The notes beneath the pieces were generated by a model that was not told where the DNA came from, did not search any database, and saw only the letters and a program-made list of their open reading frames with translations. Shown one piece after another: positions 17,231 through 25,825 of a DNA stretch of 28,524 bases (the stretch's first letter is position 1; every line of letters starts with the position of its first letter). The DNA comes from a virus (taxonomy: Duplodnaviria; Caudoviricetes): positions 1 through 28,524 of the IMG/VR virus record IMGVR_UViG_3300025880_000959. The stretch is one strand, 5' to 3'. The position numbers and the translations under genes are program-made.

Positions 17231-18799
17231 TTAATCAATCACTGCTTGAATGGCTTCGTCACTGTCTTCCATGTCTTCATCATTATTTACTTCAACAGTT
17301 TCGTCTACTGAAAAAAGTTGATCAAACATAGTACCTGCATTGACAGACCTTTTGCCTGAATTTCCTTGTGAACCTGATTGTATTTGCATCCATAGTCTGC
17401 TGTGTTGATCGATCAAGTCTAATGACTTCTGTCTATCATTAAGTGAGAATATTTCTTCAACAATTTCTCCGAATCTGATACGATCAAAAGTTTCATTCAT
17501 CAACATCTTAGGGATATTGCCTTGCTCATACTGTCGATTTGCTTCTTGTACAGCAAACATGTGTTGATACACATTATGTGCTTGAAGCATAGTATAACTC
17601 AATGTGTCCCAACTAGTCTTAGTTTCTTTACCATGTTGACCTAAGAAACCATGTCCTCTATAACATAAGTCTTTTAATACTAATGCTTTTGTTACAGGAG
17701 ATTCGGCAAACTTTTCATGTATACCATCTGCTAATACTGCGTCTGTGAAGGGCCTATTATCGTTTGCATAGTCTTTGTTCTCAGCAGTCTTCTCCATAGA
17801 GTAAGTCCACTTAGTGTTATGTTCCATTGTTGAGTTATTGTATGCTAATCCTTTTGCCGCCGCAAAGAAAGGTGATGCACAATCAAACGTAATCTTTAAC
17901 TTAGGATTGTGATACTTTCTTACTGCTTTTTGAATATCTGTAAACAATACTGCATACTCTAAAATAGATGTTCCTAGACAATGAATAAGATCATGCTTAC
18001 CTTCTTCTAATAAGCCATCATGTATAATATGTACAATACGTTTTAGTGTTAGATGTATGTCAATCTTGTTTTGACCACCGAATGCCCAACCATTAAAGTG
18101 ATTGTCTGGGTATGCGTTAGGATCGCAATACATTTTCATTTGCTCATACCATTCATCTGACTGAGAATGATTTCCACCTTGCAATACATTAAGAAACTTA
18201 CAAGCACCACTTCGATTATGAATAAAATAATCATTATTGATATGTGTAGCAATCATTGCATCTTCGATTGTTTTGATACCATGTACTGATTTACCATCTT
18301 TACCTTTAACGTGATATGTACCTAATGACATTGACGGTATATCTAAACACATACCATAATCCATGTATGCATCCATCCACTTCAGAACTTTTATACGTTG
18401 CTTCATTGCACGTGGGCAATTAGGATCTTTCCAGTCTGCGGGCCACTGACACTTTAGGATCTGAAAACCACCAGAGTCTCCTAACATGAATGTGCCTTCT
18501 TCCCGCTCTCGGATAATAGATTCACTAGGAATGTCTTTAGTGATGTCTAAGTCGGCGTGGCCCGCAGAATACAACCCCCATTTGTAAGTGTATAATCCTT
18601 CTTTAGAATTTAGAAAGTTAAGACGTTCAACATCTCCGTTGAAGCCTGCAGGAATACGTTCTTGTGGAAAGTACTCTTCGCCTTTGCGTTGCTTACCTAA
18701 ACCAGCAATAAAGAAACTACTAACAGCAGGTAAAAACAATGCCCAATCATCATCTTGTTGTGCTGAAAGATTTACTTGTTCTACCATATTTTTATCCAT
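17231..18799 (-). CDS. dpdA: TGT-fold guanine transglycosylase, DpdA-like
   Basis: GDSGGFQ, CLDIP, LNVLQG, GWAFGG, IHCLGTS, TFDCAS and late HN occur in the order expected for the TGT barrel; located among folE/queD/queE in a phage. Confidence 0.8.
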   Translation of the reverse strand: MDKNMVEQVNLSAQQDDDWALFLPAVSSFFIAGLGKQRKGEEYFPQERIPAGFNGDVERLNFLNSKEGLYTYKWGLYSAGHADLDITKDIPSESIIREREEGTFMLGDSGGFQILKCQWPADWKDPNCPRAMKQRIKVLKWMDAYMDYGMCLDIPSMSLGTYHVKGKDGKSVHGIKTIEDAMIATHINNDYFIHNRSGACKFLNVLQGGNHSQSDEWYEQMKMYCDPNAYPDNHFNGWAFGGQNKIDIHLTLKRIVHIIHDGLLEEGKHDLIHCLGTSILEYAVLFTDIQKAVRKYHNPKLKITFDCASPFFAAAKGLAYNNSTMEHNTKWTYSMEKTAENKDYANDNRPFTDAVLADGIHEKFAESPVTKALVLKDLCYRGHGFLGQHGKETKTSWDTLSYTMLQAHNVYQHMFAVQEANRQYEQGNIPKMLMNETFDRIRFGEIVEEIFSLNDRQKSLDLIDQHSRLWMQIQSGSQGNSGKRSVNAGTMFDQLFSVDETVEVNNDEDMEDSDEAIQAVID

Positions 18800-19445
18800 A
18801 TACTTTATCTATTTGTTTGATTAGTGTGTCTGCTACTAACCTGTTACCGTTAACGTTAAGATGTCCTAACGTTCCGCCTGTTGTATGTTGTCCCTTAAAA
18901 CATCCATGTTCATAACCTGCCGCTTCGACCAAAGAGTGATTACATGTTTGATCTTCGTAAGTCAACGGTCTTCTATGATGTGTTGAATCCTGTGCTGTGA
19001 ATATCTCTACAAAATCATATCCCAAGTATTTTAACAAAAAACGACATGCATTCATATGATATTGGGTAACCTTAATAGAATGTTCGATATTATAACCATC
19101 TACGATCCAATCTTTATACCAAGATTGATCAGGATTGCATGTCATTGGACATCCATTCTGTTCGTCCCATGATTCATGTCTATTAAAATCAGTATAAGAT
19201 ACTATAACTAAAGGATTTACATCATTTATATGATAATCTATCATGTCATCCTGAAGTGTTCTTGCAATAAATTCATTGCTACTACCTGCTACAGCATGAT
19301 TGACATGCTCTAACTTGTAATGATCCGCAACCAGTTGACTGAATCTATTATGGATAGTTACTTCACCTTTGAGATCATCTGATTGATCTATTCCAAGTGT
19401 GTAACTATCTCCCACAGCATAGAGTAGGTCATATGGTTTCACCAA
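18792..19445 (-). CDS. SGNH/GDSL-like hypothetical protein
   Basis: AVGDSYT.G, NHAVAGSSN and C-terminal GHLN..GN..VA. Confidence 0.65.
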   Translation of the reverse strand: MVKPYDLLYAVGDSYTLGIDQSDDLKGEVTIHNRFSQLVADHYKLEHVNHAVAGSSNEFIARTLQDDMIDYHINDVNPLVIVSYTDFNRHESWDEQNGCPMTCNPDQSWYKDWIVDGYNIEHSIKVTQYHMNACRFLLKYLGYDFVEIFTAQDSTHHRRPLTYEDQTCNHSLVEAAGYEHGCFKGQHTTGGTLGHLNVNGNRLVADTLIKQIDKVYG

Positions 19446-20177
19446 CTACTTCGCTTGTGCTGGTAATAGATATTCGTAAACTGTGTAACCACTGTCTACA
19501 GTAATCTGTGCCGCACCTTGATCTGAAATACGTACAGTCTTGTCACCAGGAAGATCCATGATTGACAAGAATACTTTAACAGGCCACTGCCATGTTCTAC
19601 TCAACGTTCCAGTAACACCTGGTTGAAATACAAAGTTACCTGAGTGAGTTGAAGGATCACCAAAGAAGATTTTAAGATCACCACCTTCTGTCTTAGTTGT
19701 GAAGTTTAGTTCTTCAGAGTTTGCTTGTGCTTGTTTCTTAAGACGCAAGATACCTGCAATAGTAGGTTCAAACTCAATGTCCCATGCCGCACCTTTAAAC
19801 GTAACGTTTCTGACTTTTTCTTCGATTAATGCTTTTGACATTAAACGATAATCATTAACAAAGTCACCTGCTTTAGTAGCAAAGTGAACTGCTGTAGGGA
19901 TATCTTCTCCATCTACATTTTTACGAGTCATATCAATAGTAGCACTTGCATCATAATCATCAAAACTTAGAATAGTTTTGAGTTTGCCTAGATTAGGCAT
20001 GCCAAATGTACCGATAAACTCAGCGACAGGAGTCTTTGTCTTGCCACTAACGACAACAGACTTGTCTTCAGCGATTGCTCCAATCTCTGTTTCTTCTGCT
20101 GTACCTACGATTTTGACTAGATCAATGATGCCTAGTCCGTAAGTGTATTCAATTAAATCTAATAAATTATCTTTCAT
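19446..20177 (-). CDS. Putative DNA polymerase sliding clamp (gp45-like)
   Basis: 243-aa acidic beta-rich protein directly downstream of polB with a clamp-like C-terminus (ITVDSGYTVYEYLLP); assignment relies largely on size and context. Confidence 0.6.
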   Translation of the reverse strand: MKDNLLDLIEYTYGLGIIDLVKIVGTAEETEIGAIAEDKSVVVSGKTKTPVAEFIGTFGMPNLGKLKTILSFDDYDASATIDMTRKNVDGEDIPTAVHFATKAGDFVNDYRLMSKALIEEKVRNVTFKGAAWDIEFEPTIAGILRLKKQAQANSEELNFTTKTEGGDLKIFFGDPSTHSGNFVFQPGVTGTLSRTWQWPVKVFLSIMDLPGDKTVRISDQGAAQITVDSGYTVYEYLLPAQAK

Positions 20178-20193
20178 GTGTTTCCTCTTAATG

Positions 20194-20244
20194 TATTTAG
20201 GTAGATATACTGCGTATTATATCTGGTTTTATTGGGTAATGCAA
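20194..20244 (-). promoter_or_regulatory. sigma70-like promoter plus degenerate late box
   Basis: TTGCAT (20244-20239), 17 bp, TATAAT (20221-20216); CTAAATA (20200-20194). Confidence 0.65.
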
Positions 20245-20261
20245 GTGATTTGGTCACCAAC

Positions 20262-22973
20262 TTACCCAAAACTGAATAACTCATCAAATGTTGAGTTTGT
20301 GTCTGTGTTGGCTCTCAAGTCCCATTTAAGAACACCTAAGAGATTACTAATCTTTTCATCAACAAGTGTTGACTCCATTAGATTATCGTCAAAGGGAAGA
20401 TCCTTAAACCATTGTGGGAGTCTAAGTTGATCTGTAGGGTATGCAATACTTGTGTAGCCTAAAGGATTTTGCTTTAGTTTACATACGACAACTTTAAAGC
20501 CATCCATGATCTCCATTGAGTAGTTGTCTCCATGAACACGTTTAAGTGTATTCCAGTTCATTGCCGCCCTCACGTGACCAGGCATGTTTGCTCGACCAGT
20601 CTTAGATTTCTTTTCTAACTGAGTATAAGAAGTTAGTTTGTTTACACCTTTAGGCGAACCTTTTGTCCAAGAATCCTGTTGACCTAATGTGATCTTAAAC
20701 TCTTTGATCTTTTCAATGATATCTTCTCGTTCTTTACCAGACAAAGCCATCTCCAATACTTCCATTAAGAATTCTTGTATATACTTAGGAGTATCTGCTC
20801 TTTTTAAGTCTAAGCCCATTGCTTTAACTTTCATTGCATTGTTAATATCAGTACGTTTGCCTTCGTTATCATAGATATTGATTGCATATCGTTTTTTAGT
20901 GATGAACAAACCTCTGTCGCCACAAACTTCTCTACCACCTTTGATTATCTCGCCTTTCTCACGTGGACAATGAAATGCCTTCTCCATAAAACCAGGGAAC
21001 GATTCATTACATTGATCAGACATACTCTCGTATAAGTCAATGAACATCTGTTTCTTTTCATCAATAGGCATGTCTTTGGGAAGTTCATCTTTTAGCATTG
21101 GCCAAGCAGAGAAATAACATGAGTCAGTATCACCATATACCATTGAGTCTCCTACGTGATCATACACGCCAGTCATTATTTCATTGACATATGCAGACAT
21201 GTGTTTAGTAACACTTCGTCCAGTCAATGTTACAGACTGTCCTATACGTTTGTCATAGAATCGACAATGCTCATTCAAAAGTGCGCCATATGCTGAGTTC
21301 AATAGAATCTTACGAACTAACTGTCGCTTGTCCCAATACTCAATGTCTTCTTTTGTTTTAGCCTCTCTGAGTTTGCCCTGCATAATCTTACGATCAGAAT
21401 ACCATTTAGATAACAGTCCAGGAATCACACCCTCAACATCTGATCTAAAGATTGTGCCATTAGCACTGAGAATATATGGATTATTAGAATCATAAATCAT
21501 CTTCCATATCTGAGCCGCACTCATGTCTTCTGAACGCCCATCTTCATAATCAATCGTTAGCATCGTGCCACGTTCCTGATTCTGAATCGCAGTGTATTCA
21601 AGTGAGCCGAACAGTCCTTCCCATAAGACAGGACCTTCTACTGATGCATCACCTTTCTTGTAACGAGATTTCTTTTTAGCAAGTTCAAGTCCTCTTTCAT
21701 CCATGTACTGACTAGTAAGAGCCTGTCTTACTTGACCTACAATAGTCTCTGGCGCCATGTTCAATGCTCGTATCACTGAAGGATACAGAGAGTTGATATC
21801 AATAGAGCCTATCCAGTCATGCAATCCTTTCTTGGGATTCATAACATATGCCCCAGCCGCCTGACCTTGTGAACCTTCGTCTCTATTACGTTTTTTATCT
21901 GGAACAACAAACCCTCGTTCATGTGCTTCGTTCATAATAGCCATTTCGATCATAGCCACAGAACCCATAACAGTTGGAAGTAGTACAGTATTTTCATGTG
22001 CCATCTGATTAGCAAGTTCCATGAACTGTAACTTATCATCTAGTTTTTTGAGTAGTAAAGTATCCTGTCTGTTATACTCAATAAACTTCTTAAAGTCTTT
22101 GTTGTATAACTGATCAAGTGAACCTTCGTATTCAGTCTTCTTCTCGCCTACTTCTAACTCACCAATCGCATCTAGTTTATAACTATGACGAGATTCGTAG
22201 TTGTACTTTTTGTAGAGTGCTAGATAATCTAAATGAATACGACCTACTAAGTCGAATGTTTCTTCTTCTTTACCAAATCGTTCGTATGTTCTCTTCTTAG
22301 GAAACTGACCTAATAGACAAAACTTACGAGTGTCATCTTTCGACATCACACGTGTAACACGATTGACCATGTAAGGAATATCATAACCTTCTGAGTTCCA
22401 ACCCGATAACACATCAGCATCTTCGATTAGTGAGAAGAATGCATCAAACAATTCTTTCTCTGTTCTAAACAACATTGTATCAGGGAAGTCTTTGATAGCC
22501 TCCTGTGCAGTCTCATATGTCATATGAGAGGGAGGAACAGCCAAGCATACCAGTTGATCAAGCCAGTCTAAATATAAACTGACAGCAGTAACTGGATTGA
22601 AAGGATCACTCGGAGGAGAGAACCCTTTTGCAGGATCAAAGTCTACTTCAATATCGAAGAAACATGTATGCAGTTTAGGAGCATCTATCTTTAGATAGTT
22701 TTCACTAAGACAACGAAAGACAGGATTGATATCGCTTTCAAATAATTTCTTACCTGAATGCATTCGTTTTTCCCTCTCAAACTCTGACTTCTTTAGAGTA
22801 GAGAAACGACTGACCTTATCATTATAGATACTATGCGATTTACCTTTGCTATCCTCAAAGTACATAATGTAATTTGTAGGATACTCTCGGAACTCACGTT
22901 CGCCAGTTGGTGTTCGCTCTATAACATGAATCTTGTCATTGCTTTTGTCGTGTACTGCATCAACGTATGACAT
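20262..22973 (-). CDS. polB: Family B DNA polymerase (gp43-like)
   Basis: Exonuclease motifs FDIEVD, GWNSEGYD and YNRQD; polymerase motifs DINSLYPS, KILLNSAYG, YGDTDS and KKRY. Confidence 0.97.
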   Translation of the reverse strand: MSYVDAVHDKSNDKIHVIERTPTGEREFREYPTNYIMYFEDSKGKSHSIYNDKVSRFSTLKKSEFEREKRMHSGKKLFESDINPVFRCLSENYLKIDAPKLHTCFFDIEVDFDPAKGFSPPSDPFNPVTAVSLYLDWLDQLVCLAVPPSHMTYETAQEAIKDFPDTMLFRTEKELFDAFFSLIEDADVLSGWNSEGYDIPYMVNRVTRVMSKDDTRKFCLLGQFPKKRTYERFGKEEETFDLVGRIHLDYLALYKKYNYESRHSYKLDAIGELEVGEKKTEYEGSLDQLYNKDFKKFIEYNRQDTLLLKKLDDKLQFMELANQMAHENTVLLPTVMGSVAMIEMAIMNEAHERGFVVPDKKRNRDEGSQGQAAGAYVMNPKKGLHDWIGSIDINSLYPSVIRALNMAPETIVGQVRQALTSQYMDERGLELAKKKSRYKKGDASVEGPVLWEGLFGSLEYTAIQNQERGTMLTIDYEDGRSEDMSAAQIWKMIYDSNNPYILSANGTIFRSDVEGVIPGLLSKWYSDRKIMQGKLREAKTKEDIEYWDKRQLVRKILLNSAYGALLNEHCRFYDKRIGQSVTLTGRSVTKHMSAYVNEIMTGVYDHVGDSMVYGDTDSCYFSAWPMLKDELPKDMPIDEKKQMFIDLYESMSDQCNESFPGFMEKAFHCPREKGEIIKGGREVCGDRGLFITKKRYAINIYDNEGKRTDINNAMKVKAMGLDLKRADTPKYIQEFLMEVLEMALSGKEREDIIEKIKEFKITLGQQDSWTKGSPKGVNKLTSYTQLEKKSKTGRANMPGHVRAAMNWNTLKRVHGDNYSMEIMDGFKVVVCKLKQNPLGYTSIAYPTDQLRLPQWFKDLPFDDNLMESTLVDEKISNLLGVLKWDLRANTDTNSTFDELFSFG

Positions 22974-23236
22974 TAAATAGTTCTACCAACTGTCTCCAAG
23001 ATGTCGTTTAGTTGTTCGTGGTCAGCGTTTGTATCAGTTAGTTTGCTTTTGTATGCTACTCTGATTGCTTTTTTAAGAATTGAAGGTTTGATCTCAAGTT
23101 CTTCTGCGATTGCTTTCACAGTATCACTTAGACCACCGTTAAGTGTTTCTACTTCTTGCATTACTGCCATACCTTCATTGACAAGTTGCTTTAATTTATT
23201 AACCTGCTCTGGGTTAAAGTATTTTGCTCCGGACAT
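22973..23236 (-). CDS. Small helical protein, possibly a dsDNA-binding protein (T4 DsbA-like)
   Basis: Coiled-coil followed by EELEIKPSILKKAIRVAYK; start revised to ATG 23236 after GGAG; TAATG-coupled to polB. Confidence 0.55.
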   Translation of the reverse strand: MSGAKYFNPEQVNKLKQLVNEGMAVMQEVETLNGGLSDTVKAIAEELEIKPSILKKAIRVAYKSKLTDTNADHEQLNDILETVGRTI

Positions 23237-23271
23237 AATCACTCCTATTAATTAATTTTGATTGTCTGCAT

Positions 23272-23300
23272 AGTATATAGTACTTACAGGCCGGAGTCAA
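23272..23300 (-). promoter_or_regulatory. sigma70-like promoter for the polB unit
   Basis: TTGACT (23300-23295), 17 bp, TATACT (23277-23272), with an A-tract upstream of the -35. Confidence 0.7.
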
Positions 23301-23317
23301 TCTTTTTTTTGGAGCGT

Positions 23318-23542
23318 TTACCCGTTTCGTTTATCGATATCTTTGCAGATATCTCTTGCTAGGTTGCCGCCTGTATTGACGAATAAGAACGGAAACACAG
23401 CATGAATAATGACTGCAAATCCGGTACAAATCATAAGTACACCATAGGATAAGGCGTAGCATAAATGGGCAAAATAACTTTCGCCTAGGGAGTGAGGATG
23501 TTCAGTAAATTTACTGAAATATGTGTGGATTCTCTTTGCCAT
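23318..23542 (-). CDS. Small membrane protein (DUF6356-like)
   Basis: FTEHPHSLGESYFAH...IIHAVFPFLFVNTG; start revised to MAKRIH at 23542. Confidence 0.7.
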   Translation of the reverse strand: MAKRIHTYFSKFTEHPHSLGESYFAHLCYALSYGVLMICTGFAVIIHAVFPFLFVNTGGNLARDICKDIDKRNG

Positions 23543-24050
23543 AGATTTTAATATACTTTCCAGCAACCATATCAGCCGCCGCTTCAATTGGTGAGCCAGG
23601 ATAACTATCACCGGCTTTTATTAAATCCTTTTCACCTTGTCTAATGTGGACCAATTCATGGAATACAGTTCGCATAATATCAATCAAGTTTCTATTGCCA
23701 TAGACCCAAATTTCATCAGAACCCATTTCATGTTTACCTGTATGATGACCTTCTTGGGCTTCTTCAGTATCATAACTGATCACAATTTTAGGCATGTTTT
23801 CTATCTGTAGACGTTCACCCATCCAATCAGCACCTTTCTGTGCTTCGTCTTCGATGTTTAAATCATCATCAAACATTTGATCAGATGCAGTTAGTTCTTG
23901 TCTTGCTTTGTGTGCTTGTTTAGATGCACTTTTGGCATTGCGATAAATCTTGCCTTTCTCGTCTACATCATACTGGTCGCTTTTAATCTTAGGAAGTCTA
24001 TTTTCTAAGTCTTTAAGCGGGGATTCATTGATAAATTGTGAGGCTCTCAT
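23511..24050 (-). CDS. HExxH zinc metallopeptidase-like protein
   Basis: RTVFHELVHIRQ with downstream E..A; start revised to MRASQFINE at 24050 because the upstream in-frame sequence overlaps promoters and the opposite gene. Confidence 0.7.
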   Translation of the reverse strand: MRASQFINESPLKDLENRLPKIKSDQYDVDEKGKIYRNAKSASKQAHKARQELTASDQMFDDDLNIEDEAQKGADWMGERLQIENMPKIVISYDTEEAQEGHHTGKHEMGSDEIWVYGNRNLIDIMRTVFHELVHIRQGEKDLIKAGDSYPGSPIEAAADMVAGKYIKIYGKENPHIFQ

Positions 24051-24055
24051 AGTAT

Positions 24056-24063
24056 TATTTATC
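24056..24063 (-). promoter_or_regulatory. T4-late-like promoter box
   Basis: GATAAATA 5 nt before ATG 24050. Confidence 0.6.
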
Positions 24064-24090
24064 AAAAAATGCTTTTGGGAAATGTTTTGC

Positions 24091-24119
24091 TTGACATTTG
24101 CCGCATTAAATATTATGAT
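24091..24119 (+). promoter_or_regulatory. sigma70 promoter for the two plus-strand genes
   Basis: TTGACA (24091-24096), 17 bp, TATGAT (24114-24119). Confidence 0.75.
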
Positions 24120-24147
24120 AAACAGTAACAAATTTAATGGGAACAAC

Positions 24148-24369
24148 ATGATATTACCACATAGTGAAAAAGCAGAACACATAATATGGGAACTTGAATA
24201 CGAGATGAAGAATCCTCGTAACGATGGTTGGACTGGCAGAGACATGAAACGTAGACTGTGGGATATCAAAATGAAAGTAGATAAAGCATTAAAAGATGCT
24301 CCTACCTATGTTGATGAACCTGAATACGAAGACCTCTATCTAATCGAAAAACTGAAGGACACCATATGA
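24148..24369 (+). CDS. Small hypothetical protein (paralog of 10830-11060)
   Basis: Start revised to MILPHS at 24148, downstream of the promoter; ATGA overlap with the dehydrogenase. Confidence 0.75.
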   Translation: MILPHSEKAEHIIWELEYEMKNPRNDGWTGRDMKRRLWDIKMKVDKALKDAPTYVDEPEYEDLYLIEKLKDTI

Positions 24370-25157
24370 AGTTAGGCATCATTGGATCAGGATTCGTTGG
24401 TTCAGCAGTAGCAAATGGTTTTAGTGTAGACACTGAGCAAGTTATAGTTGATCCAAAGTTTACAGACAATACACTTGAAGACTTAGAAGATACTGAGATT
24501 GCATTTGTATGCGTTCCTACTCCACAACAAGATACACACTTAGATGTAGACACATCTATTGCACGTGGCGTACTAACAGAATTAAATAAGTTAGAGTACA
24601 AAGGTGTGGTCGTTGTCAAGTCTACTATCACTCCACATCATCTAAAACAGTTTAAGACACTTTACAGCAAATTACGACTAGTATATAACCCTGAGTTTTT
24701 AACTGAAGCAAATAGTAAACAAGAATTTATCAATCCACATATGCAAATACTAGGTGGAGATTTACAAGACTGTATTGAAGTAGAACAAGCATACATCAAT
24801 CATAGCAAAGTTAAAATTGTGCCTACGTTTAAGACAGACTTGACATCAGCAAGTCTAATCAAATACACAATCAACAGTTGGTTAGCAACTAAAGTAACAT
24901 TCTTTAATGAGTTATTTCATTTGCATCAATCAAGTCATGCCGAAACATCATGGGAACAGTTTACAGATATGCTAAAACGTGATCCAAGAGTAGGCGATAC
25001 TCACATGCAAGTGCCTGGACCCGATGGTGAATTTGGCTTTGGTGGACATTGTTTGCCTAAGGACACAAAGGCATTGCTTTACTATTCTAAACTAGAGGGT
25101 GCGCCACTAGACTTACTAGACGAAGTAGTTAAAAGTAATAGTGGTATTCGCAATTAA
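24366..25157 (+). CDS. ugd: UDP-glucose/GDP-mannose 6-dehydrogenase family protein (short form)
   Basis: GSGFVG, CVPTP, KST, NPEFL, K...N..LA..V.F.NE and GFGGHCLPKD; ends before the usual C-terminal domain. Confidence 0.88.
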   Translation: MKLGIIGSGFVGSAVANGFSVDTEQVIVDPKFTDNTLEDLEDTEIAFVCVPTPQQDTHLDVDTSIARGVLTELNKLEYKGVVVVKSTITPHHLKQFKTLYSKLRLVYNPEFLTEANSKQEFINPHMQILGGDLQDCIEVEQAYINHSKVKIVPTFKTDLTSASLIKYTINSWLATKVTFFNELFHLHQSSHAETSWEQFTDMLKRDPRVGDTHMQVPGPDGEFGFGGHCLPKDTKALLYYSKLEGAPLDLLDEVVKSNSGIRN

Positions 25158-25825
25158 GCAGAGTTTGCTCTTAATTTCTTAATAAAATCAATCGATTTTT
25201 GAGTACGAACACCTGTTACTTGTAAAGTAACTCGTGGATGATGCCCTGCATTTGCTGTACAGTGAGGAACATCTTGCCATTTAAATGTAGTCACATCGCC
25301 TGCTTTCCAATGAGCAAAGTTATAGTTACCGTAACCCCAAAACTGTCCCGGTTGCCAATCTGTTAGTTGAATCATATATCTTTCTACAGTGCTTGGGTCT
25401 TCAGGGTTCCATTTCTCTAACTTGTCCATGTGTAAGTTCCATACTTGACCTGGATGCTGTACATGAACTCTAGTCATCATGTCATCTAAACCAAACTGAT
25501 CTGCAATTGCTTGTATGTTAGGTGGCACTTCCCAGTTAAGATTACTGACAACATAGTCGATACCATAACCGGTCTTTTCTAAGTCATAGTCTTCAGTCTT
25601 AAATTCATCTTCTCCTCTGACTTTAGATTCTTTTTTAGGGTTACCTCTTGTACGCCAAGTTGCTTCTTTCGATTCTGCTACAACTTTGTCTAATTCTTCT
25701 TGTGTGATGCTACTCAAATCAATTATACCCACTCTATCAACTGTATCATATAGAGGATGCATCAACTCAGGGTCAAAGTGATAATTGCTTCTTAGTTTTA
25801 ATTGTTCCCAACTGCTTTGTGTCAT
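25154..25825 (-). CDS. Double-stranded beta-helix / 2OG-Fe(II) oxygenase-like protein
   Basis: Q.PGQ...LHMD, W..GD, PH.TANAG..PR.TLQ.TG (HxD...H...R). Confidence 0.7.
   Translation of the reverse strand: MTQSSWEQLKLRSNYHFDPELMHPLYDTVDRVGIIDLSSITQEELDKVVAESKEATWRTRGNPKKESKVRGEDEFKTEDYDLEKTGYGIDYVVSNLNWEVPPNIQAIADQFGLDDMMTRVHVQHPGQVWNLHMDKLEKWNPEDPSTVERYMIQLTDWQPGQFWGYGNYNFAHWKAGDVTTFKWQDVPHCTANAGHHPRVTLQVTGVRTQKSIDFIKKLRANSA

Noticed and set aside
6517-18799. Ordinary bacterial queuosine tRNA-modification operon
   Set aside because: No queC, queF or queA; the TGT-like protein is atypical; the context (polB, clamp, RNase H, late boxes) is phage.
20262-22973. Intein or intron in the DNA polymerase
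   Set aside because: The 903-aa ORF is continuous, of normal gp43-like size, with motifs at expected spacing.
24051-24269. N-terminal extensions of the 252-aa (minus) and 139-aa (plus) ORFs, suggesting overlapping genes
   Set aside because: The extensions cross a divergent promoter region; starts at 24050 and 24148 remove the overlap and match promoter positions.
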